NCBI GenBank assembly: GCA_041391125.1
Contig: JAWKON010000042.1
Coordinates: 3,154-67,153, forward strand
Length of the DNA stretch: 64,000 bases
Origin: Caldilineaceae bacterium
Lineage (GTDB): Bacteria; Chloroflexota; Anaerolineae; Caldilineales; Caldilineaceae
Reading direction: 5' to 3'
Notes under the pieces: generated by a model
Told to the model about the DNA's origin: nothing
The model's input: the letters and a program-made list of their open reading frames with translations, nothing else
Database searches by the model: none
In this document: positions 18,635 to 28,996 of the stretch, piece after piece
Position numbering within the stretch: position 1 is the stretch's first letter
Layout: every line of letters begins with the position of its first letter
Program-made: the position numbers and the translations under genes

Positions 18635-21036
18635 ATGGAACGCATCTGGACTCTCTCCTCCCCGCCGAATCACCATTGAATTTCACAAAGCAGTTGGCGG
18701 CCATCCATTGGTGGCGCAATTGCTGATGCAGCGCATCCGCACACTGGCAGCCGCCCGCTCGTTTTTGCACACCGAGCACTACTCCCCGCGCCCCCCACCA
18801 ATCTGATCGGCGTCGAACTGGCTGCCCACCGCTATACGAAGCCATCCACACCGATCAAAATATACTGGTCTGGGGTGACTTTGATGTGGACGGCCAGACC
18901 AGCATCGTCGCTGCTCGTCGCAGGTTTGCAGGCGCTGGCCGAGCCTGGACGCGGGTGCTTTCACGTCCCCAACCGCTTTACCGAAAGCCACGCATCCGCC
19001 GCCATGCTGCAAAAAATGGCTGGACGATGACACCTGGCCGCCCCATCTGCCGCTCAGTTGCGATACCGGCATTGCCGAAGCCGAAGCCGTCACCCCGGCC
19101 AAAGCCCACGGCCTCACCGTCGTCCTCACCGACCATCACGATTTGACCGCCGAGTTCAGCGGCCTTTCCCCGCGTTGATCCGCTGTGGGCTGAGTTGGGG
19201 AAAGGGGAAAGGGAGGCAGAGCGCCGAAGCTGCACAAGCCCCCTCTCCCCTTCCCCTTCCCCCTTTCTCCCCTTCCGCCTCTCCGCGCGCCACGCCGACG
19301 CCATCGTCAACCCCAAATTCCAGCCGGACGACGATCCGTTGCGCACGCTGCCGGGAGTGGGCGTGGCGTATAAGCTTATGCAGCAGCTTTATACGCTGGC
19401 CGGACGCAGGTTTGAGGAGCATGATCTGCTCGATCTGGTGGCGTTGGGCATTGTGGCCGATGTGGCCGAGCAGTGCATGACGCCCGCTATCTGCTGCAAT
19501 TGGGACTCGAGCAGCTCAAACGCACGCGGCGCACCGGGCTCCTGGCGCTCATGGACGTAGCGCGCGTGGTTCCGGCCAACATCAGCACCGACGATATTGG
19601 CTTTCAGATCGGCCCGCGCATGAACGCGCTGGGTCGGCTGGAGGACGCCACCATTGCGGTTGAACTGCTGACCACGCGCGACGCCGTGCGCGCCGGTCAA
19701 CTGGCCGCCAAATTGGAGCGGCTCAACCAGCAGCGCCGCCTGCTGACCAGCCAGATTACAGCAGCGGCGCTGGAGATGATCAACCGCACGCCCCAGCTTT
19801 TGGATTACAATGCGCTGGTGTTGACGCATCCGGCTTGGCACGCTGGCATTGTGGGCATTGTGCCTCGCGGCTGGTGGAGGAATTTAGCCGCCCGCCGTGC
19901 TGCCATGCTCAACCCGCCCGGTGAAGGCTCTGCGGCAGCGCCCGCAGCATTCCGGGTGTGGACATCGGCGCGCCCATTGCCGGCTGCGCCCATCTGCTCA
20001 TTGGCCACGGCGGGCATCCGGCGCGGCCGGGCTCAGCCTGCAACCGGAAAAATATCGACGCCTTCCGCCGCGAGCTGGATCGGCAGATCGAACTGCACTG
20101 GCACCGCTGACGGCCCGCCGGGCTGCCCATTGACGTTGAGCTGCGGTTGGATGCCATCGATCTAAATTTGGTGAGCGAAACCAGCGGCTGGCCCCCTTTG
20201 GCAACGGCAACCCCACGCCCCAATTTATGAGCCGCGTCTGCATTGTCCACGATCAGCGCATGGGACGCGACGGCGCCCACCGCAAATTCTTACGTGCAGC
20301 AGACCGGGCCGATGGCGTCAAGTGGCCCGTGCTCTGGTTCAACCACAACGACGGCGAACTGCCGCCCGAGCCCATCGATCTGGTCTACACGCTCAACGTC
20401 AACGAGTTCCGCGGCGAACGCACGGTACAACTCATGTACGTGGCGGCGCGCCCGGCCGAGGAAGTCACCATTGAGCTGATTGCGGAGAAAACCGCCAAAC
20501 CGCGTATTCACGATCTGCGCCGCCAGACCGTGCAGCTTGGCGAGCTGCCCAAGCCACACGATGCCGTTTGGTATGCGGAAGGCACCCTGCTCATTGACGG
20601 CGTGACCTATGCGCCGCGCACGGCGGCGCGGCCGCATGCCGATCTGGTGCTGTGGACCATCCCGCCTTCGCCCGTGGTGCTGAATGGCATTTTGGAACGG
20701 GTCGAGCCGCGGCGCATCTTTGTGTGCGGCCAATCCACCACCAATGACCGGCTCGACTTTGTGCTGCAACAGACCGCCGCCATGTGCAAATACGCCTTGG
20801 CCCGGGATGGCCGCCTAGACATCAGCCGTATGGCCGCCCGCCTAGGCACCACCGAAGGCGTCATCCGCCACAGCTTACTCTGGCTGGAATGCAAAGAGTT
20901 GATCCGGATTGCCGAGTGGCTGGAGGAGGATGCGCTGCGTATCGAGACGCCCCAGCCCGCCCATCCGCCAGCCATTACCGCCGATGAACAGCGCGCCGAC
21001 CGGCGCATATCCTCCAAGCCGAACTGGATGCAATAG
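18635..21036 (+). pseudogene. recJ: single-stranded-DNA-specific exonuclease RecJ, many frame shifts and an internal repeat insertion
   Basis: HPLVAQLLMQR, VWGDFDVDGQTS, LTDHHDL, ADAIVNPK, LPGVGVAYKL, LVALGIVADV, GPRMNALGRLEDA, HAGIVGIV, GHGGH and NVNEFRGERTVQL appear in the order seen in E. coli RecJ but are spread over all three + frames. Last ORF 20227-21036. Confidence 0.8.
19196..19275. repeat. word hairpin (GGGGAAAGG family) lying inside recJ
   Basis: ttggggaaaggggaaagggagg ... ccctctccccttccccttccccctttctcccctt lies between the DHH motif (19131-19145) and ADAIVNPK (~19283). Confidence 0.75.
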
Positions 21037-21249
21037 CTCGCCGAGGTGGTTGCCTATCGCTGCTACTTTCAGCGGGTGAAACTGGATGAATTGGGGGATA
21101 GGGCAGGTCCATGCGCGTCCTCAATCGGTCAGTGGGGCAGTGGGTCAGTGGGTCAGTGAGTCAGTCCGTCGACGCGTCCATGACGCGCAGAGTCCCACCA
21201 ACAATCCCCAATAGCTCGAAGCACCCCTCACCCCTTCACCTTTCACCTT

Positions 21250-23376
21250 TCACCTTTTTCTCCGCCCCCTCCCCGAACTGGCCATCATCACCCTGGCCGC
21301 GATCCTGCGCTTCTGGCGGCTAGGCTATCACAGCATCTGGTTTGATGGAAGCGGTGAGTCTGCGCTGGGCCGTGATCGAGGGCATCGACTACATGTGGTC
21401 CATTACTCGTGGGCTGGTGGAGGAGAAGCACCCGCCGGCTCATTACACGCTGCTCAAAATTTGGCACTGTTTGCTCACGCCTTTGGGCTGGGCATGAATG
21501 ACGCTGATTGGTGCATTGGGCAGTCTGATGGGCGTATTAACCGCACTGGCGTGCTTCTTATGGCTACCGAAACCAGCGGACGCTTTCACCGGATTGTTGG
21601 CCGCGCTTCTGACCGCACTCAGCCCGGTATTTGGTCTGGTACAGCCAGGAATTGCGCATGTTTCAGCCAGCCACCACATTTCTGGTTTGGGCGGCTCTTA
21701 TTTTTTGCTGCGTCGGCAGGCAGAACAATTCCGCCATCGGCTGCTTTGGTGCTGACCGGTGATTGCGCTGGATTTGGCGCTCTATACCTATCTATTTAGC
21801 GTAATGAGTTGCCGGCGGCGGGATTGGCGCTAGTGGGATTTACGATTTTACGAATTACGATTTACGAAGGGCGACAATCACAATTCGTTGCGAGAAACAA
21901 CTCAGAAGCCGCTCCTTCCTCTTTCCCCTTCCCCCTTTTCCCTGCGTCGCTTCACCGAAGGCGTCATCGCCCCTGCGCTTCATCGTCGCTCATCTTCCTG
22001 CCGCTGGCGCTCAACGCACTCAGCGTCAATGCGGACGAAAGTACGCCCGGTGTGGCTCTTGCCAACTTTTTGGAGCAACAGCCGCCGTTTGTTAAAAATC
22101 TTCACGATCTGGCGCGAACGCTGGCCCGATTTGGGTGGGGGAGGCAGCGGTGGGGGTTGGGTGGGGTTGTTGCGATTGGCTTGCGGGGGATGTAAGAGAA
22201 AGTGGGGAAAGGGGGAAAGGAGAAAGGGAAGCAGATTGGCGGGACAGGATATGGCTGTGGATGTGGATTGGGGGCCACTGGTGGCGGCCAATGTGATGTC
22301 GAGCCGCAGCCATTCGATTTTTAAGGAGGAGCGCTATCTGATTTTTATGGCGCCCTCGTGCTGTGGGCCATTGCGCGGGCGGTGGTGATTGGCCTGCTGG
22401 CGGGCGGTGGGCGGCCGGCGCGATGGTGGTAATTATGCTGGCGGTCATGCTGCCGCTTTTGTGGACGCCGGGCGCGCATCGCGAGAATTGGCGGGCGGCC
22501 ACGATCTATATTGCGATTTTTCAATATGAGCAGATGAGCCAGGGGCTGACCGGCGTGGGCGCATCGGGCAGCGCGGCCAGCGCGGTGGTGGCGCACATCA
22601 GCTATACGCACCAGCCGGTGGATTGGTATTTGAAGCAGCGCTATACGCAGGCCGAGCTGCCCGTCTTTGGCCTTTTCGGCAATCCTTTAACGCCCGATCA
22701 GGTGGACACGGTCATCGCGCCGCCGCTGTTGGGCATTTCCAAAGAGCTGGGCGCGGCCACGCTCTGGCTGACCCAGAGTCATTTGGAAGGCATTGACGAT
22801 GAACACCTGGTGGAGGGCTGGCTCAACACGCATTACCCGCTGATCACCGAGCAGTATCCGGCGGGGGTGAAGCTGAGCGGCTATGCACTGAAAAGCATAT
22901 ATGATGCGCTGCCGCCGCTGATTGACGGCGCGGCGCGCCTGAATGCCGAACTGGCGCCCGGCATGATGCTGGCCGCCTGCGAAGTGCTGACGCCACAGGC
23001 CAGCGCCACCGATCCGCAGCTTCATCCGCCCAGCGGCTGGGTGCATGTGCGGCTCTGGTGGCAGGCCACCGGGTCAATTGGGCAGAATTTTACAGTCACG
23101 GCGCAGGTGAGCAACGCAAGGCGTGGGTGAACCGTTGCCGCGCGCCAATGACGCGCTGGGAGCGCTTTCCACCAGCAGTTGGCGGCCCGGTCAATATGTG
23201 CGCAACGAGTTGGACATCAATTTGAACCTCGAGACACCAAGTGGCGCATATACAGTTTCCATTGGCTTGCGGATGAAAACGGCGCCAACCTGCTGCGCAA
23301 TACAGAGTGTGGTTCTGTACAGATTGTCGTTCAACCGGGCATCGCGGGTGAGCAATATCTAGCGGCGGTTGAGTAG
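21250..23376 (+). pseudogene. GT39/ArnT-like (PMT_2) membrane glycosyltransferase, frame-shifted and interrupted by repeats
   Basis: [28 protein letters not shown]..., [23 protein letters not shown] and a long soluble C-terminal ORF (22363-23130) that continues to ~23376. The N-terminus is not definable. Word repeats lie at 21837-21870, 21913-21944 and 22196-22232. Confidence 0.55.
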
Positions 23377-23420
23377 CCCCAGCAGTTCGGGGCGTATCGA
23401 AACCAAAGTGGGTCAACCAC
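23361..23420. repeat. half copy of the palindromic element
   Basis: gcggcggttgagtagccccagcagttcggggcgtatcgaaaccaaagtgggtcaaccac, almost identical to 18511-18571. Confidence 0.85.
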
Positions 23421-23465
23421 CCGATATCCCAAAAGCCCAGATTGTTTCACTATGAGGAGATTACT

Positions 23466-24387
23466 ATGCGCATTGGACTCGTAACAATTCCCTGAAAAGG
23501 TGGGGCAATATACATTATCGGAACTGGTGCAACAGATTGTGCAGGCTGAAGCGGATGGCTTTGCCAACTATTGGCTGGTCCAACTGCCGCTGGCTGGCTA
23601 AGATGTGTTGACGGCCATTGCATTGGCCGGACAGCGAACCAGCCGCATCGAACTGGGTACGGCGGTTACCCTGGCCTATTCGCCATCCGCTGACGCTGGC
23701 GCAGCAGGCTTAAGCACGCAAAGTGCGGCGGATGGCCGCTTCGCCATTGGCATTGGTCCTCCCACAAGCCGGTGGTCGAGGCGGTCAGTGGGACTCTCAT
23801 ACGATCAACCGGCGGCGCCATGCGCGAATATCTTTCGGTCTTGAACCCTTTGGTGAACCAGATGCCGGTCGATTTTGCCGGTAATGTCTTACAGGCCAAG
23901 GCGCAACTGCAATTAACAGACGCGGCGCCGGTTCCCGTGCTTATCGCCGCTGGCGCCCATATGATGTTGTGCCTGGCCGGCGAACTGGCCGCGGGTACGG
24001 TGACCTGGATGGCGGGCATCAAAACCATTGCCGGCCACATCGCCCCGCGCACATTGCAGGCCGCCGCGGCAGCAGGGCGGCTGGCGCCGGATTTGCGTGG
24101 GTCTGCCCATTGCGGTGACTGATGACGCTTATAATGCGGGCGCAGATCATCAGACGTTGCTGCGCTATGGCCAATTGACCAACTACCGACGCATGTTGGA
24201 CATTGAAGGTGATGGTCCTGGCGACGAGTGACCATTGGCAACGAAGAAACGGTCACGGCCCAGTTTCACTGCTGGCTGCGGCCGGCGCCACCGATTTTGC
24301 CGCAGCCATTTTGCAGATGATGCAGATCGCACCACGGAGCAGCGTACGAGAGACCTGCTGCGTTCGTTGCAGAACAAGATTGTATAG
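23466..24387 (+). pseudogene. LLM-class (probably F420-dependent) oxidoreductase, frame-shifted
   Basis: GAGGAG RBS, then MRIGLVTIPE...ADGFANYWLVQ...RIELGTAVTLAY...RFAIGIGPSH...MREYLSVLNPL...AGELAAGTVTWM, read across three frames. TAG at 24385-24387. Confidence 0.7.
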
Positions 24388-24400
24388 TATAATTCACGCC

Positions 24401-25324
24401 ATGACGAAGCTGATTACCACTCTTGGCCCACGCACGCAGGATCAACTGGGCTTGATCCTGCCCCACGAGCACATTTTTGTGGACCTTGGCCCCATTGAGG
24501 CCGAGAGCTTTCGCCATGCCAATGCCGATGAAGTCATCGCGCTGATGGCGCCGGAGATTGAGAAGATCAAGGCGCAAGGCGTCACCGCGCTGGTGGAATG
24601 CACGCCCGCTTCGGTGGGTCGCCGCGCCGATATTGATCGCGCCGTCTCCGAAGCTTCACCGATTTTCCCATCGTCGTGCCGACCGGCATTTATCACGAAC
24701 CGTGGGTGCTGACGTGGCGCACGCGGCGCACGAAGATGAGATCCGCGATTGGATGCTGGGCGAGTTGATGGGCGAGATCGAAGAGAGCGTGGGCGTGCAG
24801 GCAGCCTGACTGGGCTGAGCGCCAGCAGACGGCATGACGCCCTCCGAAGAGAAGATATTGAAGGCGGCGGCGCAGGCTGGCCGCGCACCGGCGCCGTCAT
24901 TGGCAGCCACACCATTCGCGGCAAAGTGGCGCTGCATCAGCTTGAAGTGCTGGAAGCTGCGGGCTATAGCGCCGGCCGCTTTATCTGGATACACACGCAA
25001 GTGGAGCCTGATTTTGCCCTGCATTTAGCCGCCGCCCGCCGCGGCGCCTGGCTCGAGTATGACTTTATCGGCAATCAGGATGCCTACAACGACAACTTTT
25101 TCATCGAGCGCATTCACCGCCTGCTGGACGCCGGTTTCGGCGCCCAATTGCTCTTGAGCCATGACCGCGGCTGGTTCGACCCCTCCAAGCCTGGTGGCGG
25201 TATCCCCAAACCCTACACCTATCTGGTTGAGCACTTCCTGCCCAAGCTGGGCGCCAGCGGTGTAGATGAAGCCACCCTCCGCCAGCTCACCCACACCAAC
25301 CCCTGGCGCGCCTTTGCCCGTTGA
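24401..25324 (+). pseudogene. phosphotriesterase-family (PTER/aryldialkylphosphatase-like) hydrolase, frame-shifted
   Basis: LILPHEHIFVDL (HxH metal site), GVTALVECTP, IVVPTGIY, GSHT, IWIHTQ and LLLSHDRGW are in the correct order across ORFs 24203-24712, 24558-24809 and 24749-25324. Confidence 0.75.
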
Positions 25325-25422
25325 CAACACATTCATTTTTCGTTAATCTTCCCCTCATCCCACACCCATATTGCGTGCCGTTTATGATGTAGAATGATTT
25401 GACCAGCAGGAGGGACTCTCTC

Positions 25423-26856
25423 ATGATATTTGGTCAACCAATCGACTTTGAATGGCGCTATTTTGATAACGATGAGCGCTGGTCCGCCTTGAGCAGGGTA
25501 TCGGCCCAATTGAACGCCAATTTGCGCCGCGATCACGCTATGCGCCGGATGAGCGGCGATCTGCGCCTGGGGCTGTACGCGTTGTGCGGACTGATACTGT
25601 TCTTTACCGCCGCCATTATGACCACCGGCGCCTCAGATCTGCCGGAAGAACGCCGGCAGATTGGCGTGGCCAGCAATCTTTATACCACGCTGGCGCTGGA
25701 AGAGGAGGCGCGCCGAAACAACGATGAAAGTCAGCTCGCCCGGCTGATCGACCCCCAGATCGGCCAGCGCTGGCAGCGAGCGTGGACGGCACTAGGGGCG
25801 GCGCAATCGACCGACGGTGAGCGTTACGGCGTGCGCATTGTGGAGCTAAGAGGCATCGATTCCCTGATGCAGGCCGAGGTGGTTTTTGACCGTCCGCTGC
25901 CCACCGGCTGGTGGCAACTGGGACCCTATCGCGAAACACGCTTCTATCGCCAAGGCCCAAACGGCTGGCTGCGCACCCTGCCGCCCGCCGCCTTTTGGGG
26001 CCAAGAGCGCGTGCTGGAGACCAATCATCTGCGCTTTGAATTTCGCGAACGCGACGCCGCTACTATTATGGCCATTGCTAACCGCATCGAAGAGAGCTAT
26101 CTATCGCTACGCGAAGTGCTTGCCTTGGACGAGTTTGAGGCAATCGAATCAGCTATCAGTCGGTCCGCCTCGGCCATTTCAGCCACCCGCAATATAGTCA
26201 ACCCAGCCACCGACAGCGCTGCCCCCGTGGAAAAGATCACCATCCGCCTGACATTGGAGCAAGTTAGCGGGCGCGGCAGTTACGGCAACCGCTTAGAGGT
26301 GACGGCGCCGCTCATGCTGCCATCGCCGGCGGATGTGACTGCCGTAGACTTTCTCACGCACACCGTGATCAGTCGCTTGACCACGCTGGCCGTGGACCGA
26401 TTGGGGACGCCAAATGATGATTTTATAGCCAACGCCAGCTTTGCCTATTCCTGGCGCAACATGCGGCGCGGCGTGCGCAGTTGGCTGCGCACCGAGCTGA
26501 TTGGCGTTCCTTACTATTGGGATGCCCAGGCCAACGCGATTTTGCGCAGCCAGCGCATTGCCCAATTGCCGCTGTCATTGACCGAGATCACCGATGTCAA
26601 CGCCGACCGGCTGGCCGATCGGGATTATCTCATGTGGCAATCAGCGGCGGCGGCGTCCGTGGTGCAATACGCCGTAAAGACATATGGGCGCGAGGCCATC
26701 CCGCCGCTGATGGAAGGCTTCCGCCACGCTCACTCCTGGCAGGAACTGCTCGACGATACTTTTGACGCAACTTACGCAGACTTTGAAGCCGATTGGAACC
26801 GTTTTTTGCAAGAGCAGCTTGAATCAACTACAGATTACACAGATTTTACAGATTGA
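25423..26856 (+). CDS. membrane-anchored hypothetical protein
   Basis: An AGGAGG RBS lies 9 nt before the ATG at 25423, and there is one N-terminal TM helix (LGLYALCGLILFFTAAIM). No catalytic motif recognised. The last 10 codons are encoded by a CAGATT-family repeat. Confidence 0.5.
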   Translation: MIFGQPIDFEWRYFDNDERWSALSRVSAQLNANLRRDHAMRRMSGDLRLGLYALCGLILFFTAAIMTTGASDLPEERRQIGVASNLYTTLALEEEARRNNDESQLARLIDPQIGQRWQRAWTALGAAQSTDGERYGVRIVELRGIDSLMQAEVVFDRPLPTGWWQLGPYRETRFYRQGPNGWLRTLPPAAFWGQERVLETNHLRFEFRERDAATIMAIANRIEESYLSLREVLALDEFEAIESAISRSASAISATRNIVNPATDSAAPVEKITIRLTLEQVSGRGSYGNRLEVTAPLMLPSPADVTAVDFLTHTVISRLTTLAVDRLGTPNDDFIANASFAYSWRNMRRGVRSWLRTELIGVPYYWDAQANAILRSQRIAQLPLSLTEITDVNADRLADRDYLMWQSAAAASVVQYAVKTYGREAIPPLMEGFRHAHSWQELLDDTFDATYADFEADWNRFLQEQLESTTDYTDFTD

Positions 26857-26900
26857 GATCAGCGCAGAGTGCGATGCACGCAGGCAACAATCAACACAAA

Positions 26901-27045
26901 CGAACAATCGCCCATCTGCGTACGTTGCACTCGTAGCGGGTATTGCCAACGAACAATCGCCCATCTGCGTGCGTTGCACTCGTAGCGGGTATTGCCAACG
27001 AATAATCGCCCATCTGCGTGCGTTGCACGCGCAGCGGGTATTCAT
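26901..27045. repeat. three tandem copies of a 49-bp unit upstream of the DUF3500 gene
   Basis: cgaacaatcgcccatctgcgtacgttgcactcgtagcgggtattgccaa starts at 26901, 26950 and 26999 with a few substitutions. The array ends 14 nt before the RBS/ATG at 27059. Confidence 0.85.
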
Positions 27046-27058
27046 AAGGAAACAGATC

Positions 27059-28147
27059 ATGCCCAAACTCACCAGACGCAACTTTCTCGGCCTCTCGGCC
27101 GCCGGTACGGGCGCGATTTTATTGGGCGCGGCGGGCTGCACCAATCCGCTGGACCCCACCGGCGGCGCCGATATTGCCGCCGACGTGGCCGCCATGCAGG
27201 AAATGGCGCAGGAGGCCGCAGCCGAATTGGCGTCCGACGTTATCGCCGATGAAAGCACGCTCATTGCCAATATGACCCAAGCGGCGTCCCATTTTGTGCA
27301 AACGCTGGATGCCGCGCAACTGGCTCAGGCTAGCTACGACTTTGGCGACCCCGAGCGCTTCCGCTGGCATTGGACCACCCCGCGCGGCTTCCCGCGCAAC
27401 GGGCTGCCGCTGCGCCAGATGAACGAGGAGCAGAAAGCGGCGGCATTGGCCCTTTTGCAGAGCAGCCTTTCCGAAAGCGGCTTTCAAAAAGCGCTGGATA
27501 TTATTTCGCTCCAGCAGGACTTGGGCAACGACCCCGAACTCTACTATGTGACCCTCTTTGGTGAACCGGGCGGCGAACGCTGGAGCTGGCGCTGGGAAGG
27601 CCATCACCTGTCGCACCATTTTGCCGTCCTCGGCGACCGCGTCGCCATGACGCCCTTCTTCCTGGGTTCGTGGCCCACCAAAACCGAAGCCGGTCTGCGC
27701 GCCATGTCCGTCGAAGAAGACGCCGGGCTGGAGCTGATCAACACGCTGCCGGACGATCTGCGCCAGGCCGCCATTTTCCAGAACGACACGCTGACCCGCC
27801 ACGTGACGCAGAACGCGGCCTATGTGGAGCCGTTGGCGCCGGTGGGCGTCTTCTACGGCGACCTGCCGGAAACGCATCAGCCGCTGGTGGACCAGATTGT
27901 GCAAACCTATTTGCATAGCCTGCCGGAGATTGTGGCCGCGCCCGCGTTGGAGCGCATTGCCCAGGCGGACATGATGCAGGTGCGCTTTGGTTGGGCGGGC
28001 AGTCTGGAATATCAGCGACCTCAATATTATCGCTTGCAAGGCCCCACTTTCTTGCTGGAATTCGACAATTCGCGTAACGGCGGCACACATATTCATAGTG
28101 TATGGCGCGATTTTGAGAAGGATTTTGGGGCGGATTTGAGCGGATAG
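27059..28147 (+). CDS. Tat-exported lipoprotein, DUF3500 family
   Basis: The MPKLTRRNFLGLSAAGTGAILLGAAGC twin-arginine signal carries a lipobox. RFRWHWTTPRG, WRWEGHHLSHHF and GGTHIHSVWRD are typical of DUF3500 as I recall it. The upstream part of track ORF 26762-28147 is repeat-encoded. Confidence 0.75.
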   Translation: MPKLTRRNFLGLSAAGTGAILLGAAGCTNPLDPTGGADIAADVAAMQEMAQEAAAELASDVIADESTLIANMTQAASHFVQTLDAAQLAQASYDFGDPERFRWHWTTPRGFPRNGLPLRQMNEEQKAAALALLQSSLSESGFQKALDIISLQQDLGNDPELYYVTLFGEPGGERWSWRWEGHHLSHHFAVLGDRVAMTPFFLGSWPTKTEAGLRAMSVEEDAGLELINTLPDDLRQAAIFQNDTLTRHVTQNAAYVEPLAPVGVFYGDLPETHQPLVDQIVQTYLHSLPEIVAAPALERIAQADMMQVRFGWAGSLEYQRPQYYRLQGPTFLLEFDNSRNGGTHIHSVWRDFEKDFGADLSG

Positions 28148-28172
28148 CGAGTGGGCGAGTGGCGGGTGGCGG

Positions 28173-28760
28173 GTGGTGAGTGGCGTGTACTGGTTGAGGC
28201 GGAATTGGCATCGGGTTTTGACGCACGTGATTGGCGGCGGGTTGCTGCTGATTATGGGCTATTATTATGTTTCGGGCCGGTTGGTGAACCCGACGCGCTA
28301 CATCGTGCTCAGTTCGGGTACGTTGGGGTTGGTCTTTTTGGTGTCTTCGCTGGCCTGTTCGCCGCTGCGACGTTGGGCGGGCTGGTCGGGCGCCATTCAA
28401 ATTCGGCGAGCGCTGGGACTGTATAGCTTTACCTTTATGGCGATCCATCTGCTGGGTTATGCCGTGCTGGAAAACTCGTTAAGCCCGCGCCTGATCTGGC
28501 GCGATTTGGGGGAACGGCGAGCCATGCCGCTGGGGCTGCTGGCCTTTGCGCTGTTGATTCCGCTAGCCGTTACCTCTACGCAGGGCTGGCAGCGGCGATT
28601 GGGACGGCGCTGGCGGAGGTTGCACTTCCTAGTTTATCCGGCGGCCCTGCTCAGCGTGTGGCACTATCTGTGGCTGGATCGCGACATCATCACGGCGCCG
28701 CTGATCTATGCGGGTATTGTGGGGCTGCTGCTGGCGGCCAGGTTGGTCAAACGCAGATAA
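28173..28760 (+). CDS. MsrQ/YedZ-like ferric-reductase-domain haem b membrane protein
   Basis: Six-TM pattern with conserved His positions (FMAIHLLGY, SVWHYLW) and TSTQGWQRRLGRRWRRLH, colinear with E. coli MsrQ as I recall it. Confidence 0.7.
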   Translation: MVSGVYWLRRNWHRVLTHVIGGGLLLIMGYYYVSGRLVNPTRYIVLSSGTLGLVFLVSSLACSPLRRWAGWSGAIQIRRALGLYSFTFMAIHLLGYAVLENSLSPRLIWRDLGERRAMPLGLLAFALLIPLAVTSTQGWQRRLGRRWRRLHFLVYPAALLSVWHYLWLDRDIITAPLIYAGIVGLLLAARLVKRR

Positions 28761-28794
28761 CAAGTAAAACTAGGATTGGCTCAATGGATTTTCG

Positions 28795-28941
28795 GGTGGT
28801 TGACCCGCTTTGGTTTCGATACTGCCGCTGTTCTCTCAAGGCTGCCAACTGCCGCAGCCTACTCAACCGCCGCTTGCCGTTTCAAGGTCATGAGTTCTAA
28901 AAGAGCCCCAAAAATCTGTGCCATCTGCATAATCTGTAGTT
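28795..28941. repeat. half copy of the palindromic element (opposite arm) followed by a CAGATT-family arm
   Basis: gtggttgacccgctttggtttcgatactgcc...gcagcctactcaaccgccgcttgcc (28795-28876), then aaaaatctgtgccatctgcataatctgtagtt (28910-28941). Confidence 0.8.
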
Positions 28942-28996
28942 AACTCAAATGTAAGTCCATTGAATTGTCCAAAGTTCAAATCAAACTGATAGGAGT

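Noticed and set aside
16586-25324. Programmed ribosomal frameshifting or recoding as an explanation for the split genes.
   Set aside because: There are too many events per gene (up to about 10 in recJ). They fall at non-slippery sequences, go in both directions and occur in unrelated genes. Indel error or decay is far more likely.
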